Source: an uncultured Collinsella sp. (GTDB lineage: Bacteria; Actinomycetota; Coriobacteriia; Coriobacteriales; Coriobacteriaceae). From it: a stretch of DNA of 64,000 nucleotides. The position numbers and the translations under genes are program-made. The notes below the pieces were generated by a model. That model saw only the letters and a program-made list of their open reading frames with translations, did not search any database and was not told where the DNA came from. This document shows positions 51,179 through 61,374 of this stretch, piece by piece. Numbering within the stretch: position 1 is the stretch's first letter; the number at the start of each line of letters is the position of its first letter. The stretch lies in NCBI GenBank assembly GCA_900542125.1, contig UQMO01000001.1:4876-68875 (forward strand). Reading direction: 5' to 3'.

Positions 51179-51485
51179 GGCCGGGGAAGCCCCGAGTCGC
51201 CGGGGTGTTTCCTCCAAATTTCAAACAGTCCTATGCAAGACGAAGGCCACATTTAGTGGCCTTCTTTGCATGCGGAACTCATTTGGAGCAAACACCCCGG
51301 CGACTCGGGGCTTCCCCGGCCAGACGACTCGGCCGTTCGGGTCAGGTGGGCTGAATGGAATTGAGTGAATGGGCGTGCCGTTGGCGCGCCCATTGTTTTG
51401 AAGGGAACTCATTTTGAGCAAGCACCCGCCCTGCCGGGGCTCCCGGGTTCTGTGACGACTCGGCCGTTCGGGTCAGGTGGGCTGA
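51179..51485. repeat. 143-bp palindrome followed by a partial ~131-bp tandem duplication
   Basis: GGCCGGGGAAGCCCCGAGTCGCCGGGGTGTTT (from 51179) and its reverse complement (to 51321); GACGACTCGGCCGTTCGGGTCAGGTGGGCTGA at 51323 and 51454. Confidence 0.85.
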
Positions 51486-51560
51486 TAGAAAGATGGTGAC
51501 GGAGGCGCCACTGGCGCCTCCGCCTTTTCAATGTGATGAAAGTGTGGCGAAATGAGCTTA

Positions 51561-51635
51561 AAACTTCCGTAAATGTGATAAATGTCACGTTTTACCTAGG
51601 GTAAAATGTGGGAAATATCACGTTTGCGGAAGTTT
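51561..51635. promoter_or_regulatory. 75-bp imperfect palindrome immediately upstream of ATPase gene
   Basis: AAACTTCCGTAAATGTGATA...TTTTACC-TAG-GGTAAAA...TATCACGTTTGCGGAAGTTT. Confidence 0.65.
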
Positions 51636-51654
51636 CTTTGCGGGAGGTTCGGTC

Positions 51655-53019
51655 ATGCAGCGAGATATCATTGCCAAGCTTAACGCTTGGAAAGCGTCGG
51701 AATATCGTAAGCCGCTTATCCTTAAGGGGGCGCGCCAGGTTGGAAAGACGTGGGCGCTTAAGGAGTTCGGTCGAACCTCGTACCGCAATTTTGTGTATCT
51801 GACGCTCGAGGAACCGTCACCTGGGGTACAGAGCGAGTACGCTCAGTTTTTCGAAGGTACGCGCGATCCTCGGCGGATCATCTCAAACCTTTCCCTGGCA
51901 TTTGGACAGCCTATCGATCCCGGCGAGACGCTGCTTATTATTGATGAGATCCAGGATTGTCCTTCTGCAGTCGGCGCCCTTAAATACTTCTGTGACGAGG
52001 CCCCCGAGTATCACGTCGCATGCGCAGGGTCTTTGTTGGGCGTTCGCTTGTCCCGTGAGACCAGCGCTTTTCCGGTGGGAAAGGTCGAGTTCATGGAGAT
52101 GCACCCTATGAGCTTTTCCGAGTTTCTGAAAGCCGAGGGCGCTGCAAACTACGACGAATACCTTGGCGGCCTGGATCAGATCGAGACAGTGCCCGATTTC
52201 TTCCATATCCGTCTCGTCGAGCATCTTCGTCGTTATTTTGCATGTGGCGGCATGCCAGAGGCTCTTGGTCGGTGGGTGGAGACGGGCGATATCGTTCAGG
52301 TCGATAAGGTGTTGTCCGATCTCTTGGATTCCTACGAGCGCGATTTTGCCAAGCATGGTGGCCGTGCGCAGTTCGCCAAGCTTTCGCAAATATGGAACTC
52401 GATTCCAACTCAGTTGGCGCGCGAGAATAAAAAGTTCGTTTGGGGTGCGGTGCGCGAGGGGGCTCGTGCTCGAGAATACGAGGATGCTCTGGAATGGCTT
52501 GCCGATGCTGGGCTCATCACGGCGGTTCGCCTTAATGCTGCCGGTGGCGTGCCGCTCTCTGCATACGATGACCTCAAGGCATTTAAAGTCTACTGTCTTG
52601 ATGTCGGTTTGCTGCGCCGCATGGCAAGGCTGGATGCGTCCGCTTTTGCCATCTCGGATGCGCTATTTTCCGAGTTCAAAGGTTCGTTTGCCGAGAACTA
52701 TGTGCTTCAGGCATTGCTTCTGCAGCTGGATGTCGCTCCGCGCTATTGGACAAACGAGAAGCCGAAGCACGAAGTCGATTTTTTGATTCAAGTCGGAAAC
52801 GAAATCGTTCCCGTCGAGGTCAAATCGGGAGAGGTCGTTCATTCCAAGAGCCTTAAGTACTATGCCGACAAGCATGCGGAGACGACTCCATTGAGGGTCC
52901 GCTACTCACTTAAGAACCTAAAGCTCGACGACGGGGTGCTCAACATTCCGTTGTATTTGGCTGATCGATCTGTCCCTCTTATCAAAAAGGCGCTTGATTG
53001 TGCACATCTTGACGTTTAG
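51655..53019 (+). CDS. ATP-binding protein (AAA_14/DUF4143-like)
   Basis: GARQVGKT, IIDEIQ, GSLLG, GGMPE, FKVYCLDVGL, C-terminal EVDFLI...PVEVKS. Confidence 0.88.
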   Translation: MQRDIIAKLNAWKASEYRKPLILKGARQVGKTWALKEFGRTSYRNFVYLTLEEPSPGVQSEYAQFFEGTRDPRRIISNLSLAFGQPIDPGETLLIIDEIQDCPSAVGALKYFCDEAPEYHVACAGSLLGVRLSRETSAFPVGKVEFMEMHPMSFSEFLKAEGAANYDEYLGGLDQIETVPDFFHIRLVEHLRRYFACGGMPEALGRWVETGDIVQVDKVLSDLLDSYERDFAKHGGRAQFAKLSQIWNSIPTQLARENKKFVWGAVREGARAREYEDALEWLADAGLITAVRLNAAGGVPLSAYDDLKAFKVYCLDVGLLRRMARLDASAFAISDALFSEFKGSFAENYVLQALLLQLDVAPRYWTNEKPKHEVDFLIQVGNEIVPVEVKSGEVVHSKSLKYYADKHAETTPLRVRYSLKNLKLDDGVLNIPLYLADRSVPLIKKALDCAHLDV

Positions 53020-53083
53020 ATCCTGGGTGAGCTGACGGGCGGCGGCTAATTAATCGCTCCGTTACGGCCAGGGAGCTTGGGCC

Positions 53084-54088
53084 TTAGCGATGCTTGCTTC
53101 GCCAAGCCGTGGGTGTCATGCCGGTGTATTGTTTGAAGGCTTGGGCGAAGGCGGCCTGCTGAGGGTAGCCTAGACGCTCTGCCACCTGCGCTATCGTGAG
53201 CGCGCCATCGGCCAAAAGGTCCTGTGCTCGCTCCATACGGCGTCTGCGAATGTAGGCGCCCAGGGACTCGCCAGTTTGGGCCTTAAAGGTGGCGCATAGT
53301 TTGGAGCGGCTTGTGTAGAGCCTCTCGGCCACCTCGTTGATACCCACACGTCTGCCTTTGTCGAGCGCGCGCTCAATCATTGCCGTTGCTTCTTCGGCAA
53401 TGGTTATGCTGACGCGTGTGTCTGCCGCCTGCCGCGCCTGCTTGTGGGCCGCGCGCGAACAGGCGAGCTCCGCGACCATGGTCTCCACGATGCCCTGCAT
53501 ATAGACGTGTCCGCCTACGGTGCGAGCGCGGTCCTCGTTAATCCGGCGCAGCGTGTGGCAGATGGCAGACGTCGCTTCCTCGTGCCATGGCTCGGCAAAC
53601 GCCTCAAAGATTCCCGCGAACTCGGTGGGATAGCGGTGCTCCAGTTCGTCAAAATATCCAGGCAAAAAGAGCACCGAGCGCGAGTGATAGAGCTCCCCCG
53701 CAAACAGCGGGCTTAATTCCTCGCCACAGTTATCTTGGATAAAGCTGCAAACGGCATTGTTTGGCCACGGTCCATGCAATGGTTTGAGGTTCGCGGGCGT
53801 TATGCCAGCCTCGGGCATGCATGTAAGTGTGGGCGCGCTGACCTCGCTCACGCAGGCATATGGCTCGGGTGTGTATTCGGCCAGGTACATATCGTGCGTC
53901 GGGGTGATGAAATGCTCCATGACGATGCAGGCAGGGGAGAGGGGCATGATCCATGCGCGTCCGTGCGCCCGATCGTTTGCCACCTCGCCGGTAAAGACAG
54001 CGCCCTTGCCGGAAAGCTCCAGGCCAAACTGCTCAAACTGTGGTGCGTAGAGCTCGGTTATGTCGGTCGCTGCCCGCCGTATTTGCAA
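53084..54088 (-). CDS. AraC family regulator (PchR/YbtA-like position)
   Basis: C-terminal double HTH ...IAQVAERLGY...FAQAFKQYTGMTP; TTG start after AAGGAAAGGG; divergent from the ABC pair. Confidence 0.88.
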   Translation of the reverse strand: MQIRRAATDITELYAPQFEQFGLELSGKGAVFTGEVANDRAHGRAWIMPLSPACIVMEHFITPTHDMYLAEYTPEPYACVSEVSAPTLTCMPEAGITPANLKPLHGPWPNNAVCSFIQDNCGEELSPLFAGELYHSRSVLFLPGYFDELEHRYPTEFAGIFEAFAEPWHEEATSAICHTLRRINEDRARTVGGHVYMQGIVETMVAELACSRAAHKQARQAADTRVSITIAEEATAMIERALDKGRRVGINEVAERLYTSRSKLCATFKAQTGESLGAYIRRRRMERAQDLLADGALTIAQVAERLGYPQQAAFAQAFKQYTGMTPTAWRSKHR

Positions 54089-54130
54089 AAGCGTCCCTTT
54101 CCTTTGCAGAAACGTCCACGCCTGGCTTGA

Positions 54131-54179
54131 TTGTGAGCCATGGCTAACACATCAATGATAAGTTCATTACGGTTAACTC
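54131..54179. promoter_or_regulatory. Two candidate metal-repressor boxes
   Basis: TTGTGAG-CCATGG-CTAACAC (54131-54150) and AAGTTCA-TTACGG-TTAACTC (54160-54179). Confidence 0.55.
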
Positions 54180-54202
54180 TCAAGCCGTTAGAAAGGAATC
54201 TC

Positions 54203-56029
54203 ATGGCAAAGGGATCAAAAAGGGAAGGTGGAGGCATCGGCGAGTTGCTCGCGTATGCCGGTGACCGTAAATTCCTAACGTATTTGGGCATGGCGCTCTC
54301 GGCGCTCTCGCAGCTGCTGAGCTTTGGCCCGTACGTGTGCATTTGGCTTGTCGCTCGCGACCTGATCGCCGTGGCACCTAACTGGAGCGAAGCCTGCGAC
54401 ATCGCGATGTATGGCTGGTGGGCCGTGGGGTTTGCGCTGGCAAGCATCGTAGCTTATTTCGTGGGGCTCATGTGCACGCACCTGTCTGCGTTTCGCTGCG
54501 CGTCCAATATCCGCAAGACTACGAGCGAGCACCTGCTTAAGCTGCCGCTCGGCTACTTTGACACGCACGCCACCGGTGAGCTGCGCCGTATTGTAGACGG
54601 ATGCGCCGCCTCCACCGAGACCCTGCTCGCGCACATGCTGCCCGATATCGCCGGCGCCGCCGCCATGGTCGTGGGCTTGCTCGTGCTGCTTTTCGCCCTC
54701 GATTGGCGCTTGGGCGCGGCATGCCTTATCTCGGTCGTCGTTTCGTTTGGCGCCATGGCCACCATGATGAGCGGCGAAGGCGCCGAGTTCATGAAGGCCT
54801 ACATGGGAGCGCTGGTCAAGATGAACAAGACCGGCACCGAATACGTACGCGGCATCCCCGTGGTCAAGGTGTTTCAGCAGACGGTCTACTCCTTTAAGGC
54901 CTTCCACGATGCAATCGCCGAATACGCCGACATGGCGCAAAACTATGCGGGCACGTTCTGCCGAGGTCCGCAGGTACTCAACCTTACCGCGCTCAATGGT
55001 CTTGTGGCATTCCTGTTGCCCGTGGCGTTGCTGTTGGCGCCAGGCGAGACGGACTTCGCGCATTTTATGACCAACTTCACGTTTTACGCGATATTTTCGG
55101 CCGTGGTACCGACGGCCATGACCAAGCTCATGTTTGTGGGCGAGGCCTCTCAGATGAGTGCCGATTCGTTGGCTCGTATTCGAAGCGTCATGGATTCCAA
55201 GCAGCTTTCCGTGCCCGCACAACCCAAGCACCCTGCCGGCGGCGACGTGCGATTTGAGGACGTGAGCTTTACGTACGAAGGTGCCGAAGCACCTGCCGTT
55301 AGCCATGTGAGTTTCAGCGTTTCCGCTGGTAGCACCCTCGCCCTGGTGGGTCCCTCTGGTGGCGGTAAGTCAACCTGCGCAAGCCTGATCCCGCGTTTTT
55401 GGGATGTTTCCTCGGGTCGAGTGCTCGTAGGCGGTGTGGACGTTCGCGATATGGATTCGCACGAGCTTATGGACCAGGTCGCCTTCGTGTTCCAGACCAA
55501 CCAGCTGTTCCGGCAAACACTTGCCGATAACGTGCGCGCCTCCAAGCCTACGGCCACTGACGACGAAGTGCGTGCGGCCCTCTCCGCAGCTCAGTGCGAC
55601 GACATTGTGGCCAAGCTCCCACAGGGCATCAATACCATGCTCGGTGCCGGCGGAGCATATCTTTCGGGCGGCGAGGTCCAGCGCGTGGCACTCGCCCGCG
55701 CGATCCTTAAAGACGCGCCTATTGTGGTGCTCGATGAGGCCACGGCGTTTGCCGATCCCGAGAACGAGGCGCTCATTCAGCGCGCCTTTAGCAAGCTGGC
55801 GGCGGGTCGCACGGTCATTATGATTGCGCACCGGCTTTCGACCGTGGTGGGCGCAGACCAAATCGTGGTGCTCAACCAGGGCAGCGTGCAGGAGTCGGGT
55901 ACCCATGCCGAGTTGCTGTCCCAAAATGGCCTGTATGCCAAGATGTGGGCCGAGTACGAACAGGCCGCGAGCTGGAAAATCACTGCAGCGACCGCGGATG
56001 CCACCGTCACGAAGGGAGGCAAGGCCTAA
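54203..56029 (+). CDS. ABC transporter fused permease/ATPase (YbtP/IrtA-like)
   Basis: EYVRGIPVVKVF, GPSGGGKS, LSGGE and LDEATAFADPENE motifs. Confidence 0.88.
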   Translation: MAKGSKREGGGIGELLAYAGDRKFLTYLGMALSALSQLLSFGPYVCIWLVARDLIAVAPNWSEACDIAMYGWWAVGFALASIVAYFVGLMCTHLSAFRCASNIRKTTSEHLLKLPLGYFDTHATGELRRIVDGCAASTETLLAHMLPDIAGAAAMVVGLLVLLFALDWRLGAACLISVVVSFGAMATMMSGEGAEFMKAYMGALVKMNKTGTEYVRGIPVVKVFQQTVYSFKAFHDAIAEYADMAQNYAGTFCRGPQVLNLTALNGLVAFLLPVALLLAPGETDFAHFMTNFTFYAIFSAVVPTAMTKLMFVGEASQMSADSLARIRSVMDSKQLSVPAQPKHPAGGDVRFEDVSFTYEGAEAPAVSHVSFSVSAGSTLALVGPSGGGKSTCASLIPRFWDVSSGRVLVGGVDVRDMDSHELMDQVAFVFQTNQLFRQTLADNVRASKPTATDDEVRAALSAAQCDDIVAKLPQGINTMLGAGGAYLSGGEVQRVALARAILKDAPIVVLDEATAFADPENEALIQRAFSKLAAGRTVIMIAHRLSTVVGADQIVVLNQGSVQESGTHAELLSQNGLYAKMWAEYEQAASWKITAATADATVTKGGKA

Positions 56030-57787
56030 ATGTTCGCCTCATTCCAAAAGAAGTATTTCCTATCCGATAAAGGCGTCGCCGGCGTAAAACGCGGCATTTT
56101 CTGGACCACGCTCACCAATCTCATCACCATGGCCGGCATGGGCTTTTTATTCCTGGTTATGGCCGGCTTTGTCGAGCATCTCGTCAGCGGGGCTGACCTG
56201 CCGGATGCCCTGCCGATCGTGGGCGGCCTCCTGGTCTTTTTCGTGTTGCTCTTTGCCTCTAACTGGCAGCAGTATTACTACACCTACTGCATCTTTTACG
56301 AGGAGTGCGGCAAGCAGCGTATGGAGATTGCCGAGCGCTTGCGCAAACTGCCGCTGTCGTTTTTTGGTCGTCGTGATCTGGCCGATTTAACCGAGACCAT
56401 CATGGGCGACGTCCAGGCCATGGAGCACGCCTACAGCCACGTGCTGGGAGAGCTTTGGGGTGCCATCATCGCAAGCGCCATTGTCTTCGTGGCATCGCTG
56501 TTCTTTTGCTGGCAGCTGGCGATTGCGGCGTTTTGGAGCGTTCCCGTGGCCTTTGCCGTGTTGTATCTAACACGCGGCCCCATGACTCCGGTGTTTGATC
56601 GCGTGCGCGCCGAGAAGGTCAAGGTTACCGAGGCTATTCAAGAGACGCTCGACTGCGTTCGCGAGATTCGCGCCACCAACCAGGAGGCCCATTATCTTGA
56701 GGGACTCAACGCCGTGATCGATGCCGAGGAGCGCGAGACCACCAAGGGCGAGCTCGTTAACGGGCTTTTGGTCAACTCCGCCTTTGCCATCCTGCGTCTG
56801 GGCATTGCCACCACGCTGGTCACGGGCGCCGCGATGGTCGCCTCCGGGCAGGTCGACTTTTTGGTGTTGTTTGCCTTCCTGCTTATGGTGAGCCGTATCT
56901 ATGCGCCCTTTGACCAGGCATTAATGTTAATGTCCGAGCTGTTTGCCGCCGAGTCGTCTGCCAAGCGCATGCGTTCCATCATGGAAGAGCCTGTGGCGCG
57001 GGGCAGCGAGAACTTTGAGCCTGCGGGCCACGATGTGGTGTTCGATCACGTGGCATTTGGCTATGGTGCGGGCGAGGACGGACGCGCCGGCGAGAAAGTT
57101 CTTACCGATGTGAGCTTTACCGCCAAGGAAGGCGAGGTCACGGCGCTGGTCGGTCCTTCGGGTTCCGGTAAGTCTACGGTGAGCCGCCTGGCCGCGCGCT
57201 TTTGGGATGCCACTGCGGGCAAGGTTGCCGTGGGCGGTGTGGATGTTGCGGGCGTGGATCCCGAGGTGCTGCTGCGCGACTACGCCATTGTGTTCCAAGA
57301 CGTGCTGCTCTTTGACGACACGGTGATGGGAAACATCCGCCTCGGGCGTCGTGATGCCACCGATGAGGAAGTGCTTGCAGCCGCGCGTGCCGCCAACTGT
57401 GACGAGTTCGTGAACCGCATGCCGCAGGGCTATGACACTATGATTGGAGAGAACGGCTCCAAACTCTCCGGCGGCGAGCGCCAGCGCATCTCCATCGCCC
57501 GCGCACTGCTCAAAGACGCGCCCATCGTGCTGTTGGACGAGGCGACGGCAAGCTTGGATGTGGAGAACGAGACCGTGGTGCAACAGGCACTCTCCCGTCT
57601 GCTTGCAGGTAAGACGGTTATCGTTATTGCCCACCGTATGCGTACGGTGGAAAATGCCGACAAAATCGTTGTGCTCAAGGATGGCGTGGTTGCCGAGCAG
57701 GGCACTCCGGCGCAGCTCAAGGCGGCAGGTGGAGAATTCGCCCGCATGGTTGCGCTGCAAAAGGAGGCGGCTGCCTGGCGGCTATAG
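56030..57787 (+). CDS. ABC transporter fused permease/ATPase (YbtQ/IrtB-like)
   Basis: RLRKLPLSFF, GPSGSGKS, LSGGERQR and LDEATASLDVENE motifs. Confidence 0.88.
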   Translation: MFASFQKKYFLSDKGVAGVKRGIFWTTLTNLITMAGMGFLFLVMAGFVEHLVSGADLPDALPIVGGLLVFFVLLFASNWQQYYYTYCIFYEECGKQRMEIAERLRKLPLSFFGRRDLADLTETIMGDVQAMEHAYSHVLGELWGAIIASAIVFVASLFFCWQLAIAAFWSVPVAFAVLYLTRGPMTPVFDRVRAEKVKVTEAIQETLDCVREIRATNQEAHYLEGLNAVIDAEERETTKGELVNGLLVNSAFAILRLGIATTLVTGAAMVASGQVDFLVLFAFLLMVSRIYAPFDQALMLMSELFAAESSAKRMRSIMEEPVARGSENFEPAGHDVVFDHVAFGYGAGEDGRAGEKVLTDVSFTAKEGEVTALVGPSGSGKSTVSRLAARFWDATAGKVAVGGVDVAGVDPEVLLRDYAIVFQDVLLFDDTVMGNIRLGRRDATDEEVLAAARAANCDEFVNRMPQGYDTMIGENGSKLSGGERQRISIARALLKDAPIVLLDEATASLDVENETVVQQALSRLLAGKTVIVIAHRMRTVENADKIVVLKDGVVAEQGTPAQLKAAGGEFARMVALQKEAAAWRL

Positions 57788-57967
57788 GAATGTGACAAAG
57801 GGACAATCCCTTTGTCATATTGAGTTCATCCCCATAGTTTCCAAAAAGTTAGCCATTGTTGACCAAATAGTTCGACTAAACTAGTCTCAAAAGCGTGCTC
57901 GAGCAAACTAATGAACTCGGGTGCTAAGGCACCATGCCGCGCTTGTGCGGCAAAAGGGAGAAGCAAC

Positions 57968-58213
57968 ATGAAGAAGTCGACGTTTAACACCCTGCTTGTC
58001 GGTGGCGGTTTTCTGCTTGGTACGGCCGGCATCAAGCTGCTCACCAGCGCTCCGGTAAAGAACGCCTGCGTGCAGGGCATCGCGTGCGGTATGCGCATCA
58101 AGAACGGCTACCAGGACATGGTCGAGCAGGCCAAGGCCAATGTCGACGACATGGTTGCCGAGGCTGCCTACATCACCCAGAGCGAGGCCGCTGCTGACGA
58201 GGCAGCCGAGTAA
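57968..58213 (+). CDS. Small protein preceding P1B ATPase
   Basis: GGGFLLGTAGIKLL segment followed by an acidic helical tail; RBS AAGGGAG; co-oriented with the ATPase. Confidence 0.75.
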   Translation: MKKSTFNTLLVGGGFLLGTAGIKLLTSAPVKNACVQGIACGMRIKNGYQDMVEQAKANVDDMVAEAAYITQSEAAADEAAE

Positions 58214-58231
58214 CGCTCTCAGGCACAAACT

Positions 58232-60307
58232 ATGAGATTCTCGATTATTAGCGAGATCCCCGGCAGGACCCGTCTTCAATTGGCGGGTCCTGTGCCAGAG
58301 AGCGATCTCGATGCACTTCTTAAGCTCAGCGGCGATATCGACGGCGTGCACAAGGTGCGCGTGTATGGCCGCATTGGCCAGATGGCGCTGGAGTACGACG
58401 AGCCGCGCCGCGCAAGCGTGCTCGACGCCCTAGGCGCACTCGATGCTCAAGCTATCGCCGATGCCAAGTCGGGCTACGTGATGCAACTCGAGCCGCGCAA
58501 GCACAAACTCGTTATGGACCTGGCGACACTTATCGGCGCCCACTACGCGCGCCGCTGGTTCTTGCCGACGCCTCTGCGTGCGGTGTTTGTCGTGGCCGGT
58601 TACATGGCATTTTTGCGCGCCGCCCTCCGTGAGCTCGCGCAGCCGCGCCTGACCGTTCCCGTGCTCGACGCTTCGGCCATCGGCATTTCGTTCGTCAAGC
58701 GTGATGTCGACACCGCGGGCCAGACGATGTTCCTGCTCAACGTGGGCGAGCTGCTCGAGGACTACACCCGCGCCATGAGCGAAAACGAGCTCATCAACTC
58801 GCTGCTCGATGTGCCCGACAAGGCGCAAAAGGTTGTCGGCGACACCGAGGTAAGCGTTGCCGCGACCGAGCTTGAGCCCGGCGATCTGGTCGCCGTGCGC
58901 ACCGGCATGTCCATCTGCATCGACGGTGTTGTCGAGCAGGGGAGCGCTATGGTCAACCAGGCGACCCTGACCGGCGAGCCGCTGGCCGTCGAGCGCAGCG
59001 TGGGCGACGACGTGTTCGCCGGTACCGTCGTGGAAGACGGCGGCATCTTGGTGCGCGTGCGCGCCAATACGGCGCAAACCAAACTGCGCTCAATCGTCTC
59101 GCTCGTGCAGACGGCCGACTCGCTCAAGTCCGAGGGCCAGTCGCATATGGAGGACCTTGCCAATAAGATCGTCCCGTGGAACTTCCTGCTTGCGGGCCTG
59201 GTTGCGCTTACCACCCGCAGCCTCATCAAGACCTCAGCGGCGCTGATGGTCGACTACTCGTGCGCACTCAAGCTCACGGGCTCCGTCGCCGTCATGACCG
59301 CCATGAGCGATGCTGCCAAGATGGGTGTTATGGTCAAGGGCGCGAAGTACTTTGAGTCGTTTGCCAAGGCCGATACGATTGTGTTTGATAAGACCGGCAC
59401 GCTGACCGAGGCGCAGCCGCGTCTTGCCTGCGTGCTCACCACCGATGGCTGGAGCGAGGACGAGGTCCTGCGCCTTTCCGCTTGCTTGGAGGAGCATTTC
59501 CCGCATCCGGTGGCGCGTGCCGTGGTCAACGCTGCTCACGAGCGTGGGCTCGAGCACCGCGAGCGTCACGCTGCTGTCGAGTATATTGTGGCGCACGGCA
59601 TCGCTTCGTCCATCGAGGGACGTCGCGCCATCATCGGCTCGGCACACTTTGTGTTTGAGGACGAGAACGCGCAGCTCGAGTCCGACATTAAGGAGCAAAT
59701 CGAGTCCCAGATGCAGGGCCTGTCGCCGCTGTACCTGGCGGTCGACGGCACGGTCGTCGGTGTGCTCGGTATCGAGGACCCGCTTAAGCCCGGGGTCCGC
59801 GAGGCCATCGCCGACTTGCACGCGTTGGGCGTTAAGCACGTGGTCATGCTCACGGGCGACTCGGAGCGCACGGCCGAGCGCATTGCGCGCGAGGCGGGTG
59901 TCGACGAGTTTAAGGCCGAGCTGCTGCCCGAGGACAAGTACGCCTATGTGGAGCGGATTAAGCGCGAGGGGCGCCACGTTGCCATGGTGGGCGACGGCGT
60001 TAACGATTCGCCGGCGCTCGGTTTGGCCGACGTGGGGCTGGCCATGGGCGGCGGGAGCGACATCGCCAAGGAGGTCGCCGACATCATCCTGACCGATACG
60101 GATCTTGCCGCGATCGTGCGCCTGCGCCGCATGAGCCAGGGGCTTATCGACCGTCTGACGAGTTCGTATTCCAAGGTGATGCTCACCAACTCGGCGCTGT
60201 TGGCATTGGGTATTACCGGCATGATCACTCCGCAGGCGTCGTCACTGCTGCACAACGGCTCGACGATTGCCTACAGCCTGGGCAACGCGAAGGCTTACCT
60301 GCGTTAG
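58232..60307 (+). CDS. Heavy-metal translocating P1B-type ATPase (SCA motif)
   Basis: LTGEP, DYSCALKL, FDKTGTLT, HP, MLTGD and GDGVNDSPAL motifs. Confidence 0.93.
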   Translation: MRFSIISEIPGRTRLQLAGPVPESDLDALLKLSGDIDGVHKVRVYGRIGQMALEYDEPRRASVLDALGALDAQAIADAKSGYVMQLEPRKHKLVMDLATLIGAHYARRWFLPTPLRAVFVVAGYMAFLRAALRELAQPRLTVPVLDASAIGISFVKRDVDTAGQTMFLLNVGELLEDYTRAMSENELINSLLDVPDKAQKVVGDTEVSVAATELEPGDLVAVRTGMSICIDGVVEQGSAMVNQATLTGEPLAVERSVGDDVFAGTVVEDGGILVRVRANTAQTKLRSIVSLVQTADSLKSEGQSHMEDLANKIVPWNFLLAGLVALTTRSLIKTSAALMVDYSCALKLTGSVAVMTAMSDAAKMGVMVKGAKYFESFAKADTIVFDKTGTLTEAQPRLACVLTTDGWSEDEVLRLSACLEEHFPHPVARAVVNAAHERGLEHRERHAAVEYIVAHGIASSIEGRRAIIGSAHFVFEDENAQLESDIKEQIESQMQGLSPLYLAVDGTVVGVLGIEDPLKPGVREAIADLHALGVKHVVMLTGDSERTAERIAREAGVDEFKAELLPEDKYAYVERIKREGRHVAMVGDGVNDSPALGLADVGLAMGGGSDIAKEVADIILTDTDLAAIVRLRRMSQGLIDRLTSSYSKVMLTNSALLALGITGMITPQASSLLHNGSTIAYSLGNAKAYLR

Positions 60308-60381
60308 CAGACGTGTTCGCTCACGTTATCTGGCCTGCGCCCAGACGGCATCTGTGTCGTCCAGGCGCAGGCCTTTTGCAT

Positions 60382-60430
60382 TTGACCATTTGCTAGCTTC
60401 TTTATATATTGTTGCTAGCAAGGCTAGCAA
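60382..60430 (+). promoter_or_regulatory. Sigma70-type promoter with three GCTAGC operator dyads
   Basis: TTGACC(60382)-17 bp-TATATT(60405); GCTAGC at 60392, 60414 and 60423. Confidence 0.7.
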
Positions 60431-60450
60431 TTGAAGGGAGCGGAGTCGAC

Positions 60451-60804
60451 GTGGGTGCTGTTAGCGGCATGGCGCAGGTGAACGTTCGCGTGGATCGCCA
60501 GGTCAAGAACCGTGCTGAGGAGGCGCTGCGGCTTTCGGGCGCTTCGCTGCCCGAGCTCATCAAAAAAGTCGTGGCCAAGGTCGCACAGGGTGGCGGGCAG
60601 TGTGAGGAAGTGCTGTCTGCCGTTGATGGCCGGCAACAGACCGTCGCGCACGATACTCCGTTCGCCGCATCATGGGCAGCGGCAGACCGGCTTTATGCAG
60701 ATTTGGGCATCGCTATGTCGCCCGTATCCGACGATCGCGATTGGGACACAATCTATTCCGATGCCATGGACGAGCGCTATCGCCAAAAGGGGATGATCCT
60801 GTGA
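60451..60804 (+). CDS. RelB/RHH-like antitoxin
   Basis: QVNVRVD..VK..AE..L...G.S pattern; overlaps the PIN gene. Start may be ATG 60469. Confidence 0.72.
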   Translation: MGAVSGMAQVNVRVDRQVKNRAEEALRLSGASLPELIKKVVAKVAQGGGQCEEVLSAVDGRQQTVAHDTPFAASWAAADRLYADLGIAMSPVSDDRDWDTIYSDAMDERYRQKGMIL

Positions 60805-61316
60805 GCGGGGCTCCCCTCAAAATAATGGTGGATGCCAACGTATGGGTTGATTCGTTTTGCGCCGACCATGCCGAGTCGCTTGCCGCACGTGCTTTTATCG
60901 GACGGGCGACGGGGACGGGGGCGTTGCTGTTCTTCCCGGTGCATATCGCTAAAGACGTGCTGTACGTTGTCCAACACGAGCTGAAGCGTAGCGTTCTTGC
61001 CAGCGGGGGAGCGCTCGACGAGGCGTCTGCCCGTGCAATTGGCGATGCGGCGTTGGCGTTTGTTCGGAACATGACCGAAAACGCCACGGCCGTGGGCGCA
61101 GATGCGTCGGACCTTTGGCTGGCCGACAAATACTTAGCGCTCCATCGCGATTACGAGGACAACTTGGTGCTCGCCGCGTGCAAGCGTGCGCAGGTCGATT
61201 ACTTGGTGACCAACGATCGCAAGCTGCTCGAACATGCCGATCTTGCAGCAAAGACCCCGCGCCAAATGATGCCGATTCTGGCTTTGGCCGAACGCGGCGG
61301 CGCGGCTATCGGTTGA
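60801..61316 (+). CDS. PIN-domain (VapC-like) ribonuclease toxin
   Basis: MVDANV, DYEDNL and LVTND acidic PIN motifs; GTGA start/stop overlap. Confidence 0.85.
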   Translation: MSGAPLKIMVDANVWVDSFCADHAESLAARAFIGRATGTGALLFFPVHIAKDVLYVVQHELKRSVLASGGALDEASARAIGDAALAFVRNMTENATAVGADASDLWLADKYLALHRDYEDNLVLAACKRAQVDYLVTNDRKLLEHADLAAKTPRQMMPILALAERGGAAIG

Positions 61317-61374
61317 CGCGAACTGTTTGCGGGCCTCTTGGACGACGATGCGCCAAGAGGCCCGCGTCTGCTAT

